Assembly: GCA_035559535.1 (NCBI GenBank)
Contig: DATMBG010000051.1
Location: 372,001 to 436,000 of the forward strand
Source: Candidatus Limnocylindrales bacterium
Lineage (GTDB): Bacteria; Moduliflexota; Moduliflexia; Moduliflexales; JAUQPW01
DNA: 64,000 nt
Direction: 5' to 3'
In this document: one piece after another, positions 20,042-30,465 of the stretch
How the letters are laid out: each line of letters opens with the position of its first letter
How positions within the stretch are numbered: the first letter of the stretch is position 1
Notes under the pieces: generated by a model
Database searches by the model: none
Told to the model about the DNA's origin: nothing
Seen by the model: the letters and a program-made list of their open reading frames with translations, nothing else
Program-made: the position numbers and the translations under genes

Positions 20042-20704
20042 ATGTTATATGCTCAGTTTAATCATAAAAATCCCAAAGGATCGAAATTCCTTACTGCTTA
20101 TGGATCTAAACCGAAAACCCCCTGTTCTAAGGGTGATGATGGAAATCCACCGGAAAGTCGTTTCTGGCTGATACCGACCGACCCATTGACCTGCCTGAAG
20201 ATTTGTTCGAAGAGGATCTATTACCTGGTAAGTATTCTTGGGATTATCGGCTTTACCTCCTGTCTTTCCTTTGCCCAACCTCCACCGCCTCCTTTCTACG
20301 ACGAAATCCAGGTCCCTGTGATGGTTATTACCGATGGAGATACCTTTGTGATGAACATCGGTAATAAGTCCTTTATTGTCGAACCTATCGGTGTTGATGC
20401 CCCTGAGACCAATCCTTTACAGTGTTACGGGATGGAAGCCCAAAGTCGAGCCATGCAGCTTTTAACGGCTAAGATGGTAAAACTCGAAGCAGATCCTGCC
20501 CTGGGGAAGGGCCTTATAAATGGTCGATTACTACGATATATTTGGGTGGATGGCAAGCTCTTCAACTACCTCATGATCCGGGAGGGTTTTGCTAAAACCT
20601 TCAACTACGAGACCTCGTATAATTATCAGATATACTTCTTCGAAGCCGAGCAGGCAGCCAGACAAGAGAAGAGGGGGATTTGGAGGGCCTGTAAAGGAAG
20701 ATAA
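20042..20704 (+). CDS. Thermonuclease (SNase) family protein with hydrophobic leader; start uncertain
   Basis: TDGDT, IGVDAPET, CYGMEA, GRLLRYIW, REGFA, AEQAARQEKRGIWRAC. Confidence 0.8.
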   Translation: MLYAQFNHKNPKGSKFLTAYGSKPKTPCSKGDDGNPPESRFWLIPTDPLTCLKICSKRIYYLVSILGIIGFTSCLSFAQPPPPPFYDEIQVPVMVITDGDTFVMNIGNKSFIVEPIGVDAPETNPLQCYGMEAQSRAMQLLTAKMVKLEADPALGKGLINGRLLRYIWVDGKLFNYLMIREGFAKTFNYETSYNYQIYFFEAEQAARQEKRGIWRACKGR

Positions 20705-20753
20705 GAACGTCCGGTTAAGAGGTCGAGGAGCCTAAGCATCAGCTTAAGCTAAA

Positions 20754-20958
20754 AGCCCCGTCAGGGGCGAATAGTTGGTAGCTCCCGACGCAAATCGGGA
20801 AATTCAGAATTCAGAATTTTTTTAAGCTCCCCGGTAGCGTCCTGTTAAACAGGTCGCCCTGCTGGGGTTTAGTAGGTTAAACGTCCCCATTTGGTGGATA
20901 GGACTCTGTTTCCCCTGGCTTACACCAGGGGCTATCCCCAGGTTGCCCCCATGGGGCT
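20754..20958. repeat. AGCCCC...GGGGCT-bounded REP-like composite element
   Basis: AGCCCCGTCAGGGGCG start, CCCGACGCAAATCGGG and CCCCTGGCTTACACCAGGGG hairpins, GCCCCCATGGGGCT end; core shared with 11115-11160. Confidence 0.6.
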
Positions 20959-21207
20959 AACCTTCTTATCCTGGTGCGTATACATAGTTAACCAGTTTAG
21001 TTAGGGAATCTTTCTCTCTATAACTACTGGCAGGTCACCCCACCGAGATTAAAGAAAAGGAAATTCTATTAAGGAATTACCCAGCCGAGGCTATGGAAAA
21101 GATACATCCTTGTAGTAAAATTTGAAGATAACCCAAGACCCCCCTTCTGAGGCAGGAGGGTATAAAAACCTGAAGGATAACCTTGCCTTTTACGATTCGA
21201 AGATAGG

Positions 21208-21624
21208 TTAGCAATCTACTTTATTTATAACCTCGAAACTTCTCCCCATAGCTGCAGGTTCGTAAAATTCCTGATCCTCTGATTTTGTCAAAAAAGCCGG
21301 ATATACCTTTCCTTTTTCCAAAATCGGAATCGGGCGCGGACCAACCAGCGGTTTCGTGTTGTGAACATAATGCAGGTGGATAACGTCTCCTGGCTTAACC
21401 TGGGATTTGGATTGGTGGACCGCCATCACTTTTGCTTCAATCTCTACGTTTATACTTTCTGATGCTTTCTCAGTCTTTACCGATAGTATCTGCAGGTTGA
21501 GATACTCTGGTGCATTTTTCTGCATCTCTTTGTAGGAGCAGGGAGACAATTCGGCAAGGGCTGTTTGAACGGCGAAAGTTATAATAAGAAGAACAAAGTT
21601 GAGTAAAGTTATAAGTGTTTTCAT
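21208..21624 (-). CDS. Secreted hypothetical protein, possibly OB-fold-like
   Basis: Signal peptide MKTLITLLNFVLLIITFAVQTALA; beta-rich body; GAGG RBS. Confidence 0.65.
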   Translation of the reverse strand: MKTLITLLNFVLLIITFAVQTALAELSPCSYKEMQKNAPEYLNLQILSVKTEKASESINVEIEAKVMAVHQSKSQVKPGDVIHLHYVHNTKPLVGPRPIPILEKGKVYPAFLTKSEDQEFYEPAAMGRSFEVINKVDC

Positions 21625-21970
21625 AACCTCTTCCATTCTATTTGTTGCTTCTATCTTTTTAGAGCCACTCTACGTATAGATCCTACAGGTCCTTCTCAGA
21701 TTTTATACATTCTCCAGTACCCTTAAACAGGTAAAGTGGATTAAGGTTGTTCTTTTTTAGCTTTCCACTTCTTGTTTCCTCTTTGGCCTGACTTTCCGGT
21801 GTTGAGAATTACTGTCCCTTAAAATTACCGGTTCTTAGCATCCATTTTTCTAAAATTCTCTCCGAATCTCGTTTAAGGTAATCACCCGTGACAGGAATCT
21901 CAATTCGGTTATTTTCTTAGGGTTGGTACCTGGGATTGTCGGAGAATTTTTAAAGAGTCTTGCTGTCGAT

Positions 21971-23137
21971 TTACTCAAAAACATGTAAAGCGGTTCGGTG
22001 GGCTGCGATCCAATCCCAATCGTAAGTAACTCCCAAACCAGGCCCTTCCGGTACCGGGAAACAACCATCTTTACCAACCCCATCCAGTTCATCGGTGTAA
22101 TCACAGGCGTAGACCGGGGGTAAGGGATTACCGCATTTGGGGCCAACCAGGGCCAGTTCGTAAAAATTCGTATTTCGGATAGCAGCCATGCAATGGCGGT
22201 GGGCCGGACCGGCTGCGTGGACCTCTACGTCGACACCGAAAGCTTCGGCCAGATGGGCAATTTTCATAGCCCCTGTGATACCCATATCATATTCCGGATC
22301 AACACGGAGAAAGTCGGTTGCTTCCGCGATTAAGAAATCCGCTTTCGGTTCAAGGCCACGGACATGTTCGGTCTCCAGGAGAGGCGTTTTGATCATTTGA
22401 CGGAGCTTACGATGGGCGTAAGCGGAGACTCCGGTATCCCGGAACGGATCCTCGTACCAAAAGAAACCGGCTTCATCACAGGCACGACCCACTGCCAGAG
22501 CATCTGCAAAGGTTCGCAATTCACAGGCCGGATCAACCATGAGTTTCATACGGTCCCCCACCCGCTTTCCTACGGTCCGGATGGTTGCTACTTCCTCCGC
22601 CACGTTGCCTTCGCCCCATCCGTGAATCTTGAAGGCCCGATAGCCCATTTCATAACATTGCTCTGCAAAGTCCGCATAAGCTTCCGGAGAAGACAACCCA
22701 CCATTTCGGTCACCATGCAGGGTACTGGCATAGGTCGGCAGGCGTTTACGCCAACCCCCCAGCAGGGTTGTGATGGAAGCACCGAATTTCTTACCGGCCA
22801 GGTCCCAAAGACAGATGTCTATGGGTCCATGCCCCATATGATCATACTGCCGAAGGGCTCGCTTAAAATCATCGTAGATTTGTTCCCGATGCATGGCATC
22901 CCGCCCGATTAAATGGGGAGCCAGCGTAAGGGTTTGTCCTAAGGATATGCGGTTTGCCACCCAAAGGGCCACATATTCACCCCGAACTCCATCCTCCGTC
23001 TGGATAACGATGGCATACTTACTTAACTTTTGTCGTCCATTGGGTTGATAGACTAAATTGAAACCACTGGCATCCAAACCTATGTTGGGGGCCTCGTAAG
23101 TAAATTCATGGATTTCAACGCGATTGATTTTGCTCAC
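21971..23137 (-). CDS. Mandelate racemase/muconate-lactonizing enzyme family protein
   Basis: IDICLWDLAGK, KIH, LMVDP, WYEDP, ETE, EVH, PEGPGLGV; GAGGAGG RBS before GTG 23137. Confidence 0.88.
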   Translation of the reverse strand: MSKINRVEIHEFTYEAPNIGLDASGFNLVYQPNGRQKLSKYAIVIQTEDGVRGEYVALWVANRISLGQTLTLAPHLIGRDAMHREQIYDDFKRALRQYDHMGHGPIDICLWDLAGKKFGASITTLLGGWRKRLPTYASTLHGDRNGGLSSPEAYADFAEQCYEMGYRAFKIHGWGEGNVAEEVATIRTVGKRVGDRMKLMVDPACELRTFADALAVGRACDEAGFFWYEDPFRDTGVSAYAHRKLRQMIKTPLLETEHVRGLEPKADFLIAEATDFLRVDPEYDMGITGAMKIAHLAEAFGVDVEVHAAGPAHRHCMAAIRNTNFYELALVGPKCGNPLPPVYACDYTDELDGVGKDGCFPVPEGPGLGVTYDWDWIAAHRTALHVFE

Positions 23138-23514
23138 TGCGCTATCCTCCTCAGAGTTTGCTGCAAAGATACCAAAACTCAAAAAATTACCCTCTTGCCC
23201 GGTTAGTTGTAACTCACCCCCAGAGTCATTACAAGGGGCAATGGGGCTGAAGCCCAAATTGAAGCGAAGGGAACAGAACCCTCTTCGAACCTCTAAAAAT
23301 TGCTTCGCGGAGCTTATTCTGAGGTATCGAAGGGTTCACAATGCCAGGTCCAGAGCATCCTTTTCAGATATACCGAATAGAAAATATGCTCGGATACTCT
23401 TTGTATCTCTACAGCAAAGAATAAGCAAATTAAAGTTGATATGAGCTCATCGTACCGTGATAACCTATCTCTGTCAAGGAATTTGAGAACAAATCTTATG
23501 GGGGAGAGAAATAG

Positions 23515-24105
23515 TTATCCTACCAGGAACACGGTACAGGATCTTGGCCCGTGGGCGCCGATGACCAGAGCCTGTTCAATATCTGCGGTTTTAGAAGGTC
23601 CGGAGATAAAAGCTCCATATCCTGGATTTATAAAGGCCAAACGCTCGTAGGCTTGATGCATGTTGTGGACGAGTTGATGGGCTTCCACCACCAGGATCAG
23701 GTGTTGGGTAATAAAATAAATGGCCCGGTGGCGGAGTCCTCGATCTGTCACCCAAACTGCCCCATTTTCGGCTACGGCAAATTCCCCTTTTAGAATGGCT
23801 ACTTCTACATCTTCGAGATGATGCGGATCTTCTACAGATTCGAGATCTACGGTGGGTTCGCCTACCCCGGGTAGGAGAGAGACTATTTTGCGCGCGTTCT
23901 GATAAAATTTTAGATTTTTTAATTCTCGATTCAGGGCTTCTATATCTTTCACTCGAAAAAAAGAGCCGCCAACTGCCTTCAGGATTTCGGCAAACTGGGC
24001 TTCCGGGTTTTCATAACAAACTCCGAGACCCTGAAGATCTGGCAAAGGAACCTCAGGGGGTAAAGATTTTTTGATGGCCTGTAGAATGGTTTGTTTACTG
24101 GTCAT
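23515..24105 (-). CDS. lutC: Lactate utilization protein C (LUD domain, YkgG)
   Basis: AVAENGAVW, FISGPSKTADIEQALVIGAHGP. Confidence 0.92.
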   Translation of the reverse strand: MTSKQTILQAIKKSLPPEVPLPDLQGLGVCYENPEAQFAEILKAVGGSFFRVKDIEALNRELKNLKFYQNARKIVSLLPGVGEPTVDLESVEDPHHLEDVEVAILKGEFAVAENGAVWVTDRGLRHRAIYFITQHLILVVEAHQLVHNMHQAYERLAFINPGYGAFISGPSKTADIEQALVIGAHGPRSCTVFLVG

Positions 24106-24138
24106 AAACTAGCGGCCGGGAGTCAAAAACCAAAATTT

Positions 24139-25527
24139 TTACTTCCGGTTCCTGGCCTCCGACCCCTGAACCTTCCTTTTCCGGTACATTTCCCGAAAGC
24201 TTTCTTTGGGGAAAGGCGGAAGTTCTCTTTGTTTTCCCCAGACATTCCATCTATTATAAAGGACGGATCGGGGAAGCTTGGGTACGATCCAGCGGACTAA
24301 CCGACCGGTTCCTTCATAGGCCCAGGTGTTTTGAAACACCCATCCCACGACTTTCATCGTCAGTCGCTTAGAAAAGGGAATTAATCCCTGAAGTACCAAT
24401 TCCTTTCTCCAGGCAAGGAGTTGATGATGGAGATCGATTTTTACCGGGCAAACATCCGTGCAAGAACCACAGAGGCTGGACGCAAAGGGCAGACTGTAGT
24501 ATCTTTGAGGATCCTGGGCGGGGGATAAAATTGATCCGATGGGACCCGGGACCACCGAATCATAGCTATGTCCTCCGCTTCTCCGATACACCGGACAGGT
24601 ATTCATGCAGGCCCCACAACGTATGCAGGAGAGGGTACGTCTGAATTCCGGTTTTTGTAGGATCTGGCTCCGTCCATTGTCCACAATGACGATATGGAGT
24701 TCGCCTCCCGGACGAGGCCCATGAAAATGAGCCGAATAGGTAGTAATCGGCTGGCCCGTAGCAGAACGAGCCAGAAGTCGGAGAAAAACCCCGAGATCCC
24801 GGGCTCTAGGGATCAACTTCTCGAAGCCCATACAGGCAATATGAAGAGGAGGCAAGGAAGTCCCCATATCTGCATTCCCTTCATTGGTACAAATAACCAA
24901 TCCTCCCGTTTCCGCTATGGCAAAATTCACTCCGGTAATGCCGGCATCGGCTTTCAAAAACTTCTCCCGCAGATGACCGCGAGCCGATTCGGTGAGATAG
25001 GTGGGATCGGAGGCTCCTTTTTCCGTATGCAGATATCGATGAAACAGCTCACCGATCTCTTCCTTCTTTTTATGAATGGCCGGAAGTACAATATGACTGG
25101 GAGGTTCTTGAGCCAATTGAACAATTCGCTCTCCCAGGTCCGTATCTACGACTTCAATTCCTCGGGCTTCCAGAAAAGGATTGAGGTGGCATTCCTCGGT
25201 TAACATGGATTTACTCTTAACCACCCGCTGGACCCCATGATTTTTTAAGATCTGATAGACCGTCTCATTATGTTCTCTGGCATCAACAGCCCAATGAACC
25301 TTAGCTCCCAGTCTGGTGGCATTTTCCTCAAACATCTCCAGATAATCTGGAAGCCTGGACATGGTATGGGCTTTGATCTGTGCAGCTATCTCCCGGAGAT
25401 TTTCCCACTCGGGTACGCTCTGGGCCATTTTATCCCTTTTGACCCTGACATACCAGAGTGCCTGATCATGCCAGTGGACCCTGGCCTCATTACGGATAAA
25501 TTGAGCCGCTCTTGTTGAATGATCCAT
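24139..25527 (-). CDS. lutB: Lactate utilization protein B (Fe-S, YkgF)
   Basis: KSKSMLTEE, DTDLGE, PPSHIVLPAIH, TNEGN, CIRCGACMNTCP, SSLCGSCTDVCP. Confidence 0.94.
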   Translation of the reverse strand: MDHSTRAAQFIRNEARVHWHDQALWYVRVKRDKMAQSVPEWENLREIAAQIKAHTMSRLPDYLEMFEENATRLGAKVHWAVDAREHNETVYQILKNHGVQRVVKSKSMLTEECHLNPFLEARGIEVVDTDLGERIVQLAQEPPSHIVLPAIHKKKEEIGELFHRYLHTEKGASDPTYLTESARGHLREKFLKADAGITGVNFAIAETGGLVICTNEGNADMGTSLPPLHIACMGFEKLIPRARDLGVFLRLLARSATGQPITTYSAHFHGPRPGGELHIVIVDNGRSQILQKPEFRRTLSCIRCGACMNTCPVYRRSGGHSYDSVVPGPIGSILSPAQDPQRYYSLPFASSLCGSCTDVCPVKIDLHHQLLAWRKELVLQGLIPFSKRLTMKVVGWVFQNTWAYEGTGRLVRWIVPKLPRSVLYNRWNVWGKQRELPPFPKESFREMYRKRKVQGSEARNRK

Positions 25528-25613
25528 AACTCGATAGGTGTCACGGGCCAGATACCTTAAGTTTATAGCAGAAAAGCCTATCGCCTGGCTTCTGGCTCCT
25601 GACTTCTATTTTC

Positions 25614-26354
25614 TTAATCTCCTGCCAATATCTCGGCAATATGCATCACCCGGATCGGTTTTCCGGCCCTACGGATCAATCCATCCAGATGCATCAGGCA
25701 GGACATATCAACCCCGGTTAAAACTTCGGTTCCAGACTGTTCATGATCGGCAATACGATCTTTTCCCATCATACAGGATACGGCTTCCTCACCCACGGCA
25801 AAGGTCCCCCCAAATCCACAACACTCATCCGGACGACTCAACTTCACAAGGGTTATACCCTCTAAAGATTCCAGAAGGGGACTCACTTTGCTGAAGGGGT
25901 TTCCCATCCGTTCACTGGACTTGGCCAGACGTAACTCACGGAGGCCATGACAGCTCTGATGCAATCCAACTCTATAAGGGAAACGTCCTTCTATCTTTTC
26001 TAATTTCAAAACATCGGTAAGAAATTCACACAGCTCAAAGGTTTTCTTCTTTAACTCCTCCAGGCCAGGTTTTCCTTTCAGGTAATCATCGTAATGATTA
26101 CGAACCATGGAAGTACAACTCCCCGAAGGACAAACCACATAGGGATAATCTTTGAAGATCCGATAGAATTTCTCCGCAAGGGGAGCTGCATCTGCTGCAC
26201 ATCCGGCATTTGCCATGGGCTGTCCACAACAGGTTTGATCCAAAGGGTAGTCTACCTCCACGTTAAATCTCTCCAATACTTTGAGGGTAGCCATACCTAC
26301 CTGGGGATAGAGCTGATCTATGTAACAGGGGATAAACAAACCGACTTTTATCAT
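25614..26354 (-). CDS. lutA: Lactate utilization protein A (CCG domains, YkgE)
   Basis: FIPCYID, QTCCGQP, PSGSC, HQSCH, ECCGFGGTF, DMSCLMH. Confidence 0.94.
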   Translation of the reverse strand: MIKVGLFIPCYIDQLYPQVGMATLKVLERFNVEVDYPLDQTCCGQPMANAGCAADAAPLAEKFYRIFKDYPYVVCPSGSCTSMVRNHYDDYLKGKPGLEELKKKTFELCEFLTDVLKLEKIEGRFPYRVGLHQSCHGLRELRLAKSSERMGNPFSKVSPLLESLEGITLVKLSRPDECCGFGGTFAVGEEAVSCMMGKDRIADHEQSGTEVLTGVDMSCLMHLDGLIRRAGKPIRVMHIAEILAGD

Positions 26355-26595
26355 AGGATAACTCTTATAACCTCAGATTTAAACTACTGGGTCCTCTTAA
26401 TTTTTCAGGATTATTATGCATTTTATCCCATTGATTCAAGGCAAAGTCAAGGAGGAAAAATTCTTTTTAAGATTTGGATCGTAAAAGAGAGGTTGATCCG
26501 AAGTCAGGAAAAGATAGTCTAAAAAACCATCGATAGAGGCAGATAAACGCGGACCAGATAAGTATCCTTTGGCGTTTATCTGCGGCAACCCTTTA

Positions 26596-27609
26596 TCAAG
26601 GTTCTGAAATCTTGACTAACTGTTTACCGATATTTCCACCCTTTAGCATGCTGATGAAGGCCTGGGGAGCATTTTCAATTCCTTCTGCGATGGTCTCTCG
26701 ATACTTTAACTTACCTGCTTTGAACCATTCGGCCAGTTGTTGGAGTGCTTCTCCATATCGATCGGCATAGTCGAAGACCAAAAAACCTTCTACTCTAGCC
26801 CGTTTAATGATCAATTGCCTGAGAAAGCGGGGACCCAGTTCCGGTTTTTCCAGGTTATAATCGTGAATTTGTCCACAGATCACGACACGCGCCTTTACGT
26901 TGATCCAGCGAAAAACCGCATCGGTCAAAGGACCTCCCACATTATCAAAATAGACATCGATTCCGTTGGGGCAGAGTTCCTTGAGTTTTTCATAATAATC
27001 CGAAACGGTCTTGTAATTAAAGGCGGCATCAAAACCGAGCTCTTTAACAAGAAAATCAACTTTCGTATTATCTCCTGCAGAGCCCACGACTCGACAACCC
27101 TTAATTTTTGCAATTTGCCCTACAATAGAGCCCACAGCTCCTGCTGCACCGGAGACAAAGACCGTTTCTCCTGGCTGGGGTTTACCTATATCTAACAAAC
27201 CGAAGTAAGCCGTCATACCTGGCATTCCCAGAACTCCCAGGGCTGTCGAAATGGGAGCCAATGTGGGGTCTACTTTTCGTAGGCCTTTACCATCGGATAC
27301 AGCATACTCTTGCCAGCCCAGGTATCCTGCAATGATTTCTCCTTCTTTAAAGTCCGGATGATGGGACTCAATTACCTTCCCGACGATCTCACCGATCATA
27401 ACCTCACCGATCTGGACCGGCTTTGCATAGGAGGGGGCATCGCTCATTCGTCCCCGTTGATAGGGATCTAAGGAAAGGTAAAGGGTACGGACCAGTATTT
27501 GTCCCTCCCCGGGGACCGGAATAGGGGATTCTACTAATTTGAAATCGGATAATTTAGGATATCCTACAGGTCTTGAAGCCAGGGTAATTTGTCGGTTGGT
27601 ATTTGACAT
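26596..27609 (-). CDS. NADP-dependent MDR oxidoreductase (CurA/YncB, prostaglandin-reductase-like)
   Basis: LASRPVG, YLSLDPY, LGMPGMTAYFG, SGAAGAVG, YFDNVGG, GGNIGKQLV. Confidence 0.92.
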   Translation of the reverse strand: MSNTNRQITLASRPVGYPKLSDFKLVESPIPVPGEGQILVRTLYLSLDPYQRGRMSDAPSYAKPVQIGEVMIGEIVGKVIESHHPDFKEGEIIAGYLGWQEYAVSDGKGLRKVDPTLAPISTALGVLGMPGMTAYFGLLDIGKPQPGETVFVSGAAGAVGSIVGQIAKIKGCRVVGSAGDNTKVDFLVKELGFDAAFNYKTVSDYYEKLKELCPNGIDVYFDNVGGPLTDAVFRWINVKARVVICGQIHDYNLEKPELGPRFLRQLIIKRARVEGFLVFDYADRYGEALQQLAEWFKAGKLKYRETIAEGIENAPQAFISMLKGGNIGKQLVKISEP

Positions 27610-27891
27610 CGGGGTATTTTCTCTTCTGTACCCAGACACGGACTTATAGAATGAACAGGTTGATAGGAATCTGAAAACCCGTTTATTCTAAATCCGTATT
27701 CGGATGTTTTAATATCCATGATTTTACTTCATACTCTTATTTTAAAGGTTGGTATGGAATAGCGTATGCCTACAGATAGAACGCGTCAAGGGATTTTTAG
27801 ACTTATCATCGGTTCCCTTGGTAGTGGTTTTTCTTGACAAACCTCCCGGTCTGTTTTACCACTGATAGAAACTAGAGGAGGTATACAAACC

Positions 27892-29178
27892 ATGTACGAT
27901 GTACCCATTAATCGTCGCCAGTTTATTAAAAAGACGCTCGGTACGGTTGCCAGTTTATCCGGCTCCTATCTCTTCAGGCCCGCCCGGGTTCGGGCAGCAA
28001 CCCCGGAACTTACCATGTTGAGTTGGAACCACTTTGTACCGGCAGCAGATGAAAAATTAAAGGAGCAGGCAGCCAGATTTGCCCGAGAACAAGGGGTAAT
28101 CATCCGAATCGATACGATTCCCCACCTACAACTTCCGACTAAATTAGCCGCCGAGATCCATGCTCAAGCCGGACATGACATCGTTTATATGGTCGAAACG
28201 GCCCCCTGGCTCTATCATGAACATTTAATTTCCGTAGATGATGTGGTTGAGGACCTGGGGGCCAAACGGGGAGGATGGTATTCCTTTGTTAAGGAAAGTG
28301 ACTTTGTGAAAGATTCCTGGAAGTCGATTCCCTGGTTCTTTTTAACCTGGCCTGGAATATACCGTGAAGATCTCTTTCAACACGCCGGATATCCGATTCC
28401 TCAGACCTGGGAAGACCTTTTGAATGCCGGGCGGATCTTGAAGAAAGAAGGGCATCCTGTAGGAATTGCCATCAGCCAGACCAATGATGCCTACAATACC
28501 TTTTGGTCGATCCTTTGGTCCTTCGGAGGTAAAGTCCTGGAGGCAGATGGAAAAAGTTTAGCCCTGAACTCTCCGGAAACCGAAGCCACTCTGGACTATT
28601 ACAAAAGGTTATATGAAGAGGCCATGGATCCAGAAGTCCTCTCCTGGGATGATGCCAGCAACAATCGATTTTTACTATCGGGGAAAGGTTGCTGGATTCA
28701 CAATCCCATCAGTCCTTATATAACGGCGGTAGATAAAAAAATGGAAATTGCCGATAAACTGGGAATCCACTCGGCACTCGCCGGACCGGCCGGGAAGCAT
28801 GTGGAACTCTCGGTGGCGAGTTTGGGAATCTGGAATTTCTCAAAAAATCAGGAACTGGCCAAGAACTTTATCAGATACCTTTATGAGCCGGAGAATTATT
28901 CTGACTGGCTGGTAGCCGCCAGGGGATATAGCCAGGCCCCCTTACGGGCCTATGAGAATCACCCTCTTTGGACCGAGCATCCCAAGTTTAAGCTTCTCCC
29001 CGGTGAAGCCCGATTTGGCCATGTCCATGGCTGGCCTTCCCCTCCGAATCCTTATGTCCAGCGGATCAACGATCTCTATATTCTCCCCAACATGGCCGCC
29101 AAGGTCGTCACGGGAACACCCATCAAAGCGGCTATAACCTGGGCAGAAGAGCAAATTAAGAGGGTCCTGGAAAGCTAA
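27892..29178 (+). CDS. Tat-exported family 1 (sugar-type) ABC substrate-binding protein
   Basis: NRRQFIK twin-Arg; WNHFVP, YREDL, PQTWEDL, WDDASNN; GAGGAGG RBS. Confidence 0.86.
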   Translation: MYDVPINRRQFIKKTLGTVASLSGSYLFRPARVRAATPELTMLSWNHFVPAADEKLKEQAARFAREQGVIIRIDTIPHLQLPTKLAAEIHAQAGHDIVYMVETAPWLYHEHLISVDDVVEDLGAKRGGWYSFVKESDFVKDSWKSIPWFFLTWPGIYREDLFQHAGYPIPQTWEDLLNAGRILKKEGHPVGIAISQTNDAYNTFWSILWSFGGKVLEADGKSLALNSPETEATLDYYKRLYEEAMDPEVLSWDDASNNRFLLSGKGCWIHNPISPYITAVDKKMEIADKLGIHSALAGPAGKHVELSVASLGIWNFSKNQELAKNFIRYLYEPENYSDWLVAARGYSQAPLRAYENHPLWTEHPKFKLLPGEARFGHVHGWPSPPNPYVQRINDLYILPNMAAKVVTGTPIKAAITWAEEQIKRVLES

Positions 29179-29255
29179 AAAATGGTGGGCAGAAGCCAGG
29201 GGATAACTACCTTTTTTATGGTCCCTTGTTTACCGCCCGCTGTCTCCTGTAACCT

Positions 29256-30380
29256 ATGAAAATTACCGATCTAATCCTGGAAGTAGCAGAGTTCCCCTTC
29301 CCGGAAGATTTTCATCCGGCCTGGGCGCCCGGCGGAAGTGAAAAAGGGATAGGGGTGACCATCATTAAAATTTTAACAGATGAAGGAATTACCGGAATAG
29401 CCGCTGCATCGACCTTTGGAAGCGAGATTCCGACGTTTAACTCCCTAAAATCCCACCTCTTGGGAAAAGATCCCTTTGCGGTGGAGCAACATATCCAGAC
29501 TTTGCGAAACGCTCGACCCCACGGAGGGCTGCCCTGGCCCATTGAAATCGCCCTTTGGGATATCATTGGAAAAGCCTCCCATCTTCCTATTTATAAATTA
29601 TGGGGCGGTTATCGGGACAAAATCAAGGCCTACGCCAGTAGTGGCGAACTCCGGCCTCCCGAACGGCGTATCGAAGACGTTTATCGGTATTATGAAGAAG
29701 GCTTCCGGGCTGTAAAACTTCGCATTCATTACCCTGAGATGAAAGAGGATCTGAACCTGGTTACAGCAGTTCGCAAAGCCATCGGAGATAAGATGGAAAT
29801 CATGGTAGATGCCAATCAAGCCGGAGTACTGGTCAGTCCCGGATACAATCCGACCTGGTCCTACTCTCGGGCGGTGATGACCGCCCGGGAATTGGAAAAA
29901 CTCAACGTAAGCTGGCTGGAAGAACCCCTCAACCGATATGACTTTAAGGGATTAGCACGCCTTACCAAGGAAGTAGATCTTCCCATCGCAGGTGGAGAAG
30001 CCAATGTAGGAATTCGAGAACTTAAAATGCTTCTGGATATGGATTGCTACGATATCCTTCAACCCGATGCAACCCTCTCCGAAGGTCTTTTTCAATTACG
30101 AATGTTAGCCGGAATCGCCCATGTAGATGGTAAACGGTTCATTCCCCACACCTGGGGAAACGGACTGGGACTCGTAGCCAACCTCCATTTAGCGGCTTCG
30201 ATTCCCAATTGTACTCATCTGGAGTATCCCTACGATCCTCCCTCCTTTACTAAGGAAGCTTATTTCGGGATGCTTAAAACACCCCTCGAAGTCGATGGAG
30301 AAGGCTATATTCACGTTCCCCAGGGTCCGGGATTGGGCGTGGAGTTGGATGAAGAGGCCATAGCCAGGTACAAAAAATAA
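29256..30380 (+). CDS. Mandelate racemase/muconate-lactonizing enzyme family protein
   Basis: EIALWDIIGK, KLR, MVDAN, WLEEP, AGGE, QPD, PHTW, GPGLGVE. Confidence 0.92.
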   Translation: MKITDLILEVAEFPFPEDFHPAWAPGGSEKGIGVTIIKILTDEGITGIAAASTFGSEIPTFNSLKSHLLGKDPFAVEQHIQTLRNARPHGGLPWPIEIALWDIIGKASHLPIYKLWGGYRDKIKAYASSGELRPPERRIEDVYRYYEEGFRAVKLRIHYPEMKEDLNLVTAVRKAIGDKMEIMVDANQAGVLVSPGYNPTWSYSRAVMTARELEKLNVSWLEEPLNRYDFKGLARLTKEVDLPIAGGEANVGIRELKMLLDMDCYDILQPDATLSEGLFQLRMLAGIAHVDGKRFIPHTWGNGLGLVANLHLAASIPNCTHLEYPYDPPSFTKEAYFGMLKTPLEVDGEGYIHVPQGPGLGVELDEEAIARYKK

Positions 30381-30465
30381 ACAGCAGGGATCAGGAGTCA
30401 GCAGCCAGGGATCCATATTTCCTCCGGCTCCCGGATCCTGACTCCCAATTCCTGACACCTCAAGG

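Noticed and set aside
23138-23257. N-terminal extension of the enolase-family gene
   Set aside because: GAGGAGG RBS directly precedes GTG 23137
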